Assembly: GCF_947568905.1 (NCBI RefSeq)
Contig: NC_079165.1
Location: 10,850,001 to 10,914,000 of the forward strand
Source: Ostrea edulis
Taxonomy: Eukaryota
Reading direction: 5' to 3'
Length of the DNA: 64,000 nt
The notes beneath the pieces were generated by a model. It worked only from the letters and a program-made list of their open reading frames with translations. It searched no databases and was not told the origin of the DNA. Made by a program: the position numbers and the translations under genes. The first letter of the stretch is position 1. Every line of letters begins with the position of its first letter. This document shows, piece after piece, positions 13,849 through 23,529 of this stretch.

Positions 13849-15887
13849 CACATCTTCGCTAGCCAAGGGTTTACGATCCGCTCCGCTTCTCTACTAACCC
13901 TTGGCAGATTTAGTGCGATTTTCGTAGCTTTCAGTGGCGCCCTCTAGCGGAGGAGAGAACAAACCTGTTTGGATTACATCATGCTTATCCAATGAAAATG
14001 CGTGTTTCAGCTACTGTTTAAAAGTTGTTTAGAAATGGCTGCGCTCAGAGAGTAACGCAATGAGGTATGCAAATCATTCAAAATATTAATAATAAATTTA
14101 ACTATCTCTTAATTGCATACTTGAAAAAGAAATCAGTGAGAATAATATGTTGTACGGTGTGACCGTTGAGACGAGCGAAGCCCATTAACATCCTGCAACA
14201 CGACTTTTATCCGCCTCTTCATTTAACGCGGGAAATATAACGCGCTTGATGTAAACAGTTACAAATTGTGACGTCATATTAGCTGCAATGTTTTTTTCTT
14301 CTCTCGAACCAAGCAAAAACAAAATGTTTGAAGCTATGAGAAAGCTTGTATGGAATTTAAAAACGTTTATGGTACTTTCTAAACAATCTAATTATTTTAA
14401 TTACGGGTTTGTCAATGAGGTATACCGCAGTGACGGTGACATTTTTTCGGAAGCATTATGGGTGATACTCATCTTTTTTCGGCTGATGAAGAGCAAATCA
14501 CGTGACTCATATGTGTAATCATTGGAGCGAGCTCGTCGCGTCGCTTCGCTCGCTATTATTTAGAAAAATAAACATGTGTGAACCCATGACATATATGTAG
14601 TCGTTGTGTCTCCGTCTAAAAATAACCCCACGTGTGTAAGGTGAATTCCAAATTGAAGAAAATAGCTCTGACGCAACTCTAAATCTGGGATAGATAGAAC
14701 ATAAAACAACGAATGACAAAAGATGTTTAATAATATGATTACGGTGTGACCGTTGGGGCGAGCGCAGCATATCTGAATACATTTTCAAAAAATTTATATT
14801 GAAAACAAGGAAAACTGATCTGGTTCACTGTCAATACGTAGGATTACTGTTTTGCTCTTCTCGCCAATGTAGGAACCAGTTTAGCGGGAAATGCAACGAG
14901 CGTGTTGTGACGTAGCCTGGTAGTTGTGACGTGACTGTTTACATTTCTTTAGACAATATTTTAAAAAGAAAGGGGGAAGAATATGATTGTCATCCTTTCC
15001 TTTCAAATAAGAAAGGTTTGTAATAGCGAGCGCAACGAGCCAGCGCTCCGCGCTGGCTCGTACTGCGAGCTCTAATGACTAGAGCGCGGGAAATAATCCG
15101 AGCTAAATCTCAACCTCTAACAAGAATTTTTTTTTTGACGCCAATCCCAGAAGTCCCTCGTACAAAATGGCGGATGGTTCGATTCGTAAAATAATAATTA
15201 AAAAAATCTTTGAAGTATTACAAACCTTTCTTATACTGGTTCCTACATTGGCGAGAAGAGCAAGACAGTAATCCTACATATTGACAGTGAAAGAGATCAG
15301 TTTTCCTTGTTTTCAATATAATTTTTTTGAAAATGTATTCAGATATGCTGCGCTCGCCCCAACGGTCACACCGTAATCATATTACTTCAAAGATTTTTTT
15401 TATTATTATTTTACGAATCGAACCATCCGCCATTTTGTACGAGGGATTTCTGGGATTGGCGTCAAAAAAAAATTCTTGTTAGAGGTTGAGATTTAGCTCG
15501 GATTATTTCCCGCGCTCTAGTCATTAGAGCTCGCAGTACGAGCCAGCGCGGAGCGCTGGCTCGTTGCGCTCGCTATTAAACTTATGGTACGGTACTGTAG
15601 TAAATAAAATGCACTTCTTTACGCAGATATGAGTCTGAACTGCGCACGTGGCATCATTTGTTTGGATATGTACAACTGTATTTGATACACGGCCGAGTGA
15701 CAGTTGTAGGTATTTAAATTCCTTTGTTTTGCACGTGATCTAACGTAACACGTTCTCTGATTGAGCAGTGAACTTTCCCTGCGTCCAATCATATGCTGAA
15801 AGTTGAGGCTACGAAAATCGCACTAAATCTGCCAAGGGTTTGTAGAGAAGCGGAGCGGATCGTAAACTCTTGGCTAGCGAAGATGTG
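13849..15887. mobile_element. Element bounded by about 80-bp inverted repeats (CACATCTTCGCTAGCCAAG..)
   Basis: 13849-13928 is the reverse complement of 15808-15887 with few mismatches; no coding capacity inside. Confidence 0.75.
15021..15578. mobile_element. Foldback MITE with about 195-bp TIRs (TAATAGCGAGCGCAACGAG..)
   Basis: 15021-15217 is the near-perfect reverse complement of 15383-15578. Confidence 0.85.
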
Positions 15888-16244
15888 CGTGTCATGGCGT
15901 TGGTACTCTTTGTTGAGAAAAATGACAACATTAAATCTGAAAAATGCATGCATAATCACCTGATTTAAGTCCCATAGAAAGCATTTGGGTGAAAATTAAC
16001 ATTAAATTCTGGTGATGAACTGTATCAAAAAATTCCAACGTTTTCGATAAACAAAATGGCCGCCATCACCCGTGCAAATACTTTTGTCCACAGTCTTGTT
16101 GGTATCAAACATTCTGTGCAATATCGTACACTATATCATACTATTCAACGAACACCATTTATACCTTTATATCATTTATACCTTTCATAGCAGTATTACG
16201 CCTTCCTGTCGCATTATAACATCTACTTTAATACCCCTTTACAT

Positions 16245-16447
16245 CGCGTTATTACGCCTTTAATTTACATCAGTAGGCCCATCCTTTACGTTATTACGCC
16301 TTTAATTTACATCAGTAGGCCCATCCTTTACGTTATTACGCCTTTGATTTACATCAGTAGGCCCATCCTTTACGTTATTACGCCTTTAATTTACATCAGT
16401 AGGCCCATCCTTTACGTTATTACGCCTTTGATTCGCGTTATTACGCC
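16245..16447. repeat. 42-bp tandem repeat, about 4.5 copies
   Basis: Unit TTATTACGCCTTT(A/G)ATTTACATCAGTAGGCCCATCCTTTACG. Confidence 0.9.
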
Positions 16448-16454
16448 TGTCTTT

Positions 16455-16680
16455 CGTCTTGGGTCGTAAGCGGAGTGTCGCGAATTCGAGCCCCGCTCAT
16501 TCCACTGCCGCATTAAACCTAAGACATAAACATAGGAAGTGATTGCTCCTTAGCCAAACGCTTGTCATTTCGAAGTGGGTGTCATGGATCTTGGATGAAA
16601 CCTTAAAACCGGAAGCTCCGTGTCGCGGCAACCGTTGGGACATAGGATCCTGTGATGCTACGGCCCTTAGCGTTAAGCCT
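16455..16680 (+). mobile_element. Degenerate tRNA-derived SINE
   Basis: B-box-like GAATTCGAGCCC and a body similar to the SINEs at 38745 and 52306. Confidence 0.6.
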
Positions 16681-16869
16681 AGTTATAGATATGTGTTACT
16701 GTAGCTCTCAGTGTGTGTGCAAAATTCTCAGAGGGATGTAACACAAACAAAGGCTTCCTCCCAAATAGAATTGACGTCGTTGATTTGACCACGATGCCAT
16801 ATATGTATCTAAAGTCGAGAGAAGAGATTTATTAATGATACGTTTAGATACCATAATCGCAAAACTCCC

Positions 16870-16978
16870 GTGGGGATCCGGGTTAGATTAGGTCCTCAGT
16901 ACCCCTTGCTTGTCGTAAGAGGCGACTAAATGGGGCGGTCCTTCGGATGAGACCGCAAAAACCGAGGTCCCGTGTCAC
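16870..16978 (+). mobile_element. 3'-truncated SINE-like element with non-tRNA head
   Basis: Nearly identical to the reverse complement of 20040-20148. Confidence 0.75.
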
Positions 16979-17324
16979 AATCAATCAATAATCGCAAAAC
17001 AAGATTAAAGCTTTGGGTTTTTTTATTGGATCAGCATGTCCCCTTTTTTCTCATTGTTTCCAAGTATATTTACAAAGGGAGGAGAAGCTTTCTATAGATA
17101 TAAATTGTGAAAATGAATACGTGTCGTTAATGAGAGCTTCACCGTTGAGTGCATACATTGTAGGTGAAATTGACGTGTGGTAGTGCTTTGATATCAGAAA
17201 CAATCGCCACATATAAATCACAAAATAGAATTGGACTTGCCACTATTTCTATTGAAAAGCAAACCATTAAGTGTATTGATATAGCTTTTTGTACATGGTA
17301 GCATTATTGATCGTTTAAATCACA

Positions 17325-18380
17325 ATAATAATAAAGCCTTTATTTATCCAGGATTACATATCTAGCAATAACGCTAGTTTTCAATATGGTCCTGTATATG
17401 ACATACATACAGACAGATATTAGTAAAAGAAACACAGATTAAAAGAAGTAGAATACATATAAACTTAAGAAATAATTATGAATGTAAGATAAATAGGAAC
17501 AAAATGAAGCTTAAAAAGTATGGTGATAATCCCTAAGATAATTTCTCTTAAAACACGCAACACTTGTTGAGTTTCTTATATTTTGACTCAAGGCATTCCA
17601 CACTGTGCTCCCTGAAATGCTGAAAGATCTTCTATAATATTCTGTTTTTGCCCTGGGTATATACAATATATTTGAATAAGAATTTCTAGTTTGCCTCTGA
17701 CTGACTTCTGATACATATTTAAAAGCATTTAAATAATCTGGCATTGAACCATGTAAAACTTTATACACTAAAATGACTTTTCTATAGACAAAGTAATCTG
17801 ATAGAGGCAACCAGTTAAGTTCTGTAAACATGACATTAGATGGTGTTTCAAAATTTCTGATGTTAAGAATTACCCTTGCAGTTCGTTTTTGCAATATAAA
17901 AAGCTTATTCACATTTTAAGCATTTCTTGGATTGCTCCATATAGTACAACAATATGTAAAATGTGGAAAAATCATAGTATTAAAAATCTTCAGCAGTGCA
18001 TCTTTGACATAAAATATCTTATTCTTCTTAAAATGCCAATACCCTTGGAAATCTTGTTCATAAGTGATTCTATATGACTTTTCCAGGACAAAGTTTCATC
18101 AATAATAATACCAAGTAATTTTGACTCCTGAACACATTCTATGACATGGTTATTCATCACTAAATTTAATTTTTTATACTTTGATAATTTTTGTGCCGAT
18201 CTAATAAGCATACATTGAGTTTTAGACAGGTTTAAGCTTAATTTATTTTCCTTAATCCACATTATACTGCGCTGAAGATCTTCGCACATCTTTGACTCAA
18301 TGTTTTCCACTGACTTATCTGTTACATCTTGTGAAGTATCATCTGCATACATATTTACATGGGAATGTTTCATGATACCT
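17325..18380 (-). mobile_element. 5'-truncated L2/CR1-group LINE (RT C-terminus and 3' end)
   Basis: 'HSHVNMYADDT..WIKENKLSLNLSKTQCM..KLLGIIIDETLSWKSHI' and 'KLFILQKRTARVI..LNWLPL..YYRRSFSISGSTVWNAL'; frameshifted; AAT-type tail near 17325. Confidence 0.9.
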
Positions 18381-18439
18381 GATTCAACTATTAAAAGTTG
18401 ACAAGATTGTGACCAAATCAGACGAAAAGCTGACAAATC

Positions 18440-19633
18440 ATGAAAAACATGCATTTCAAATTAGTTTTGATCGTTTGTATTTTTCACTCTGTGTACTCCT
18501 ACAATGTCACTGACGAGGGGCGGCTAATCACGGATTTGTTCTCTAACTACAATAGAGACCTTCGTGCTGGAAATGACAGGGATTACCCACTGAAAGTGTT
18601 GATGAATTTGTTTCTGTTTGCAATAAAAGAATTTGTGAAGGCGAGCAGCAAATTCACAGTAAATGGCGTGTTTTCAATCACTTGGCGAGATGGACGTTTA
18701 TCCTGGGATCCAGCGACGTACAATAACATCATGGATACACAAGTGTTCCAGGATAAAGTATGGGTACCCAACATCGTGACTGTAAACCCATTCGAAGAGG
18801 CCTACGGACTCGGAAGTAATCTCGTCCAGGTTTCCGTGCATAATGACGGATCCTGTTTGTGGACAACCATGCAGTCTTTTGAAGTTATCTGTGACGCAGA
18901 TGTAAGGTATTATCCTTTTGATAAGCAATACTGTGCACTCAGGTTTGTTGCTTATTCTTTGGGAGTAGGTTGGTTAAATCTATCTTTCTCAGATTCTAAG
19001 GTATTTTTAAGAAATTATGAAGAAAGTGGGTTATGGGAATTCGAGGACACGACCAACGATTGTTAAGTAGAGGGCTCCACATATGTAGTAGTCGGGCTGC
19101 ACCTAAAACGGAGATCTACTTACTACCTAGCGAGTCTCATACTTCCTATGACAGTCATAGCCATTTTGCAGGCATTCGTTTTCCTCCTTCCCTATGAGGC
19201 TGGTGAGAGGGTCGGGTTTTCCGTGACCATTCTTCTGACAAGCGTGGTTTTCCTGACCATCATTCAGGGGAAACTTCCCGAGGCGTCCGAACCAAATATT
19301 TTTGTTCTCGGATTTCTTTTGTTTGGATATGTGATTTTAGGAGCAGTTGTTACTCTGTGTGTGATTCTCAGTGCAAACATCCACTCGTTTAAGGAGGGCT
19401 CCTATATCCCAAATTGGTTAAATTTTTTATGTTGTTTGAAAGCAAACACAGTGGATGGCGTGCTTTCATCTAAAGGTGATATGAAAGTTGCACCAATGGA
19501 GGAAGAAATGGACGAAGCATCTCCATCATGTTTTTGGAATGATGTAGCCAAAGGGTTTGACAGATTCTGCTTTATTTCTTCATTGCTTTTGTATGCAATT
19601 CAACTAATTGTTTATTTCTGGTTAACAGCCTGA
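18440..19633 (+). pseudogene. Intronless Cys-loop ligand-gated ion channel (nAChR-like) copy 1 with one in-frame TAA at 19064-19066
   Basis: ORFs 18440-19066 and 19148-19633 share a frame and align end to end with copies 2 and 3; signal peptide, Cys-loop CDADVRYYPFDKQYC, M1-M4. Confidence 0.9.
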
Positions 19634-19880
19634 ACATTCCCACCAGATTTTAATTATTTGATTAATGCGTGCATAATATCCTATCAACAGTATACAATTC
19701 TAACGAGCACCAATCCACCAAACAAAATTACAAATGATATTGATATATTTTGAGATCATGGGCTAGTTTGCTTTCTTTTCATGGGAAGAAATTAATGAAA
19801 TATACTATATGTTACAGGTGTGCTTTCAAAATGGACGAAATGCTTCAAAATTTTGTATTGCCATAGTTATATCGTGCGGT

Positions 19881-20149
19881 GTGGTTGGTTGGTTGGTTGA
19901 ATTGTTTATCGTCGCTCTTGAGAATATTTCACTCATATGGAGACGTCACCTTTGTCGGTGAAGGGCTGCAAAATTTAGACCTCTAATCAGTGCTTATGGC
20001 TTTGGAGCGGGGAGGGATCTTTATCGCGCCACACCTGCTGTGACACGGGACCTCGGTTTTTGCGGTCTCATCTGAATGACCGCCCCATTTAGTCGCCTCT
20101 TACGACAAGCAAGGGGTACTGAGGACCTATTCTAACCCGGATCCCCACG
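19881..20149 (-). mobile_element. Full-length SINE-like element with non-tRNA head and (AACC)n tail
   Basis: Head GTGGGGATCCGGGTTAGAATAGGTCCTCAGTACCCCTTGCTTGTCGTAAGAGGCGACTAA; 3' body shared with the tRNA-SINE at 52306. Confidence 0.8.
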
Positions 20150-20580
20150 TGCGGAGTGGAAGTGGATGGAACAGGAGTTTACCTTTACTACATTAATATG
20201 TATTCTTCACTTTCCCAGAATGCAATATGGTCTAAATATGGTCTAAAGTAGATTTTTTCATTTATATGTTGTTTTACAACCTATTTAAGAATTTCTACCT
20301 CCTATGGGGACAAACTGTACACAGGAAGCCACAGAGTTTGATGTCTTGCACGGCGATCAAGTCCGAAGCAGAGAGGGTTATTTATCGTGTGAACACACAC
20401 CATGATACGGAACCTCCGTTTTCAGTGATATCCGAAAGAGCCATTAATTTTGCCTCCGATAGTTACCAATTTTAAAGGTTTTTAATTTGACTCGACCACT
20501 TAAAGAAAGCAAGGAGAATATTTTTAAATGGATATTTAAGAAATGAATTTCATTTTTAAAGAGATTATAGAGAATATTAC

Positions 20581-21237
20581 TTGCCAAAATCCATATTATA
20601 TGTCATATCAGACTGAGTGACCCCATATCAGCCCGAGGGCCAAAGACCCGAGGGTTGATATGGGGCTCGAGGGCTGATATGACATATGATATGGATTTTG
20701 ACATGCAATATTCTATTTATCAGACTGAGTAACCCCATATCAGCCCGAGGGCCAAAGACCCGAGGGTTGATATGGGGCTCGAGGGTTGATAGGACATATG
20801 ATATGGATTTTGGCATGCAATATTCTATTTATCAGACTGAGTGACCCCATATCAGCCCGAGGGCCAAAGACCCGAAGGTTGATATGGGGCTCGAGGGTTG
20901 ATAGGACATGATATGGATTTTGGCATGCAATATTCTATTTATCAGACTGAGTGACCCCATATCAGCCCGAGGTTTGATGCAATGTTCTATTTATCATATA
21001 CTACGCTTTTTAAATGCATAGATATCGTATACGATTTTTAATTTGATCAGAGTCCGGGAGCAATTTTATAAAATTTTATACTTTTCATCACATGAGGGTT
21101 ACTGTTTTAGCATTTTAAAGGTACATCAAGGAATATGTGGTACATTACGTTACTATGGTACAATAAAAACTTGATGCAATGATATTCTGGTACTCGGTGC
21201 AGAATCGGCATAATCATTACCAAGTATATGATAAATA
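20581..21237. repeat. 112-bp hairpin-containing tandem array (3+ units) joined to a short TIR module
   Basis: ATCAGACTGA recurs at 20607, 20719, 20831 and 20941; CTATTTATCATATAC near 20987 is inverted at about 21223-21237. Confidence 0.8.
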
Positions 21238-21402
21238 GGGTATGAACTGTGAAGTTTCATGGCATTAGCGGTTCATGAAAAGTATGCCGGTGTGTAGCTT
21301 TGCAGTTCATACCCTGATGAAGTTTCAAAAATGAAATTTATTTCTTATACTTACATTCTGCTTTCGTTTCTGTTGGTATTCCCAGCCGTTAAAATAAACA
21401 TA

Positions 21403-21498
21403 CTATAGCTATCAAGATTCATTGTCGGTATTTAAACATGCTATAGCTATCAAGATTCATTGTCGGTATTTAAACATGTTATAGCTATCAAGATTCAT
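21403..21498. repeat. 38-bp tandem repeat, about 2.5 copies
   Basis: CTATAGCTATCAAGATTCATTGTCGGTATTTAAACATG. Confidence 0.85.
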
Positions 21499-21772
21499 AC
21501 TCGCCTACAACTGTAGCGCGATCATGAGGAAATGGCTATTATTACAATTTGTAAAGATATCAAAGGCAAAGCATCGGAAGTGTAAACATATGTCAATATT
21601 GTAAGCACATTTAGCATCACAAGATCTACCGTGTCACCACGTATAATGGCAAAACAAACCTTTCTTTCGAGTGTCGGCAAGTTGCTCTTGTATGATTGTA
21701 GGAAATGGTTATATATGTAAACATAAATTGTGAAATAAAAATGGATAAAAAATTCGATAGTGGTAATGAACC

Positions 21773-21956
21773 ACTCTTGAATTATGTCCATTCATTACCA
21801 ATCTGATCAAAATCAGATCTTTGATCCGCTCCGTTATTGTTATGTCGCTACACACAGAGCGGATCAAAGATCTTTGTTTAGCGACATAACAATAACGGAG
21901 TGGATCAAAGATCTGATTTTAATCAGATTGGTAATGAATGGACATAATTCAAGAGT
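21773..21956. mobile_element. CAATCTG-type palindromic MITE (21799-21930) with 26-bp inverted flanks
   Basis: Same TIR as 11835-11942; 21773-21798 is the exact reverse complement of 21931-21956. Confidence 0.8.
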
Positions 21957-22195
21957 TCCTAGTACTGCACGCTGATGCTGAATCCAATTCGATATTGGTA
22001 ACAGTTGCAATTTAAAATAACATAATACAATAGAAATGGAAATTGTTTGTCTCGATTTTAATAGAAAAATGGAAGCTTTATAAAGCGATTTGTATATTGA
22101 TATAACTATTGTAAGTAATTGTGGCAAAGTAATGATCGCTTCTAATAGCATTACACAAAAGAAAATCAATGGATCCAATTTCAATTTCTCTTTCA

Positions 22196-22561
22196 CCATG
22201 ATGCTGCCGAGAGGGTTGACTTTTCCGTGACCATTCGTCTGATAAGCGTGGTTTTACGAGACATTTCCCAAGGCATCCGAACCAAATACAGTGTATTTCT
22301 GTTCTCCAATTGTTTACTCAGTAAGAACATCCACTCATTCACAGAAGCCACCCATATGCCAAAATGGTTAAAATTTTCATGTTCATTGAAAACGAAATAG
22401 ACCTTAAGTTTTCATCTACAAGTGCAATGAGAGTCACAGCAGAGGGGGGAGAAGAATTCCTATGGAAGGATGTAGCCAAAATATCTAATAGATTTTGCTT
22501 TGTTTCCTGGTTGGTTCTGTATGCAATTCAAACAATTGTTTATATTAATTTAACAGCTTGA
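22196..22561 (+). pseudogene. Degraded 3' fragment (M2 to M4) of a fourth Cys-loop receptor copy
   Basis: GAGAGGGTTGACTTTTCCGTGACCATT.., CATCCACTCATTCACAGAAGCCACCCATATGCC.. and 'WKDVAKISNRFCFVSWLVLYAIQTIVYINLTA*' match the paralogs, with deletions and frameshifts. Confidence 0.85.
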
Positions 22562-22869
22562 CCACCCGTATACACCATATTTTGATTGTGCAGTGGCCTG
22601 TGTATGATCTACACTTTGTAGATGATATTATGTAAACAATATACTTGCCATTGTATTTTATTTTACTTGTATTACAATGTTGGATGTCTCATCTCCCCTT
22701 TCTTAGAAAAATACTAGTTAATGAAATCATACCAAACTCATTGTATGTTTGGAATACATGAGTGTGGTTGTTTCATACGAATTGTTTTAGTGATAATTGA
22801 CGACACCCGTTATAGAAGAGATCGCCCGATAGTTGTTTATCAGCGATGACTTGCTAGATGTTGGTTGTA

Positions 22870-23102
22870 TAATGTTTAACGTCCCATTCAAGAATTTTTC
22901 GCTTGTATGGTGACTTCACTATTGTCGGTGAAAGGCTGAAAAATTTAGGCCCATGCTCGGCGCTTACGGCCTTTGAACAGGGAGGGCTCTTTATCGTGCC
23001 ACACCTACTGTGATACGGGTCTCGGTTTTTGCGGTCTCATCCGAGGGACCGCCCCATTTAGTCGCCTCTTACTGAGGTCCTATTCTAATCCGGGTACTCA
23101 CG
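22870..23102 (-). mobile_element. SINE-like element with non-tRNA head (internal deletion)
   Basis: Similar to 19881-20149. Confidence 0.7.
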
Positions 23103-23476
23103 GGATTAGATGATATAAAAGGAAAATTATGCAATGAAAATTAGAAAATACATAAAGCAAATGAAAAATATCTACATACACAATCAATTCAGAAAAAGGC
23201 GAGGACATCTAATTACGTCATTATCAAAATCCAGCACCCGGAGGTCAGAAGTCAGATTAAACTGTCAACCGTCTAATGTTATCTTTAAAAAAAAAGGATA
23301 GTGGAAGTTGGGAATATAGCTATCAACATTGTCTAGTGGGGAGGTCAGATCTAGAACATAGTCCAGATGTCAGATTTTTTTTTTTTTTTAAAGAATTAGC
23401 GAAGTTTATTCATACTTCAAAGTGCCCTTACAATGTTCCAGACATTCGGGCGCATGTCTTGATAACAAGAAAACAT

Positions 23477-23478
<2 letters not shown>

Positions 23479-23523
<45 letters not shown>
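23479..23523. repeat. (TA)n microsatellite at the 3' end of the Tx1 LINE
   Basis: Direct reading. Confidence 0.95.
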
Positions 23524-23525
<2 letters not shown>

Positions 23526-23529
23526 CGCA

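Larger units (their letters stand above)
10420..16447. mobile_element. Fragmented host element(s) with AAAGGCGTAATAACGCG-type subterminal repeats, broken up by later insertions
   Basis: Motif in forward orientation at about 10420-10560, 11800-12020 and 12590-12670, and inverted at about 11350-11400 and 16190-16447. Boundaries uncertain. Confidence 0.4.
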
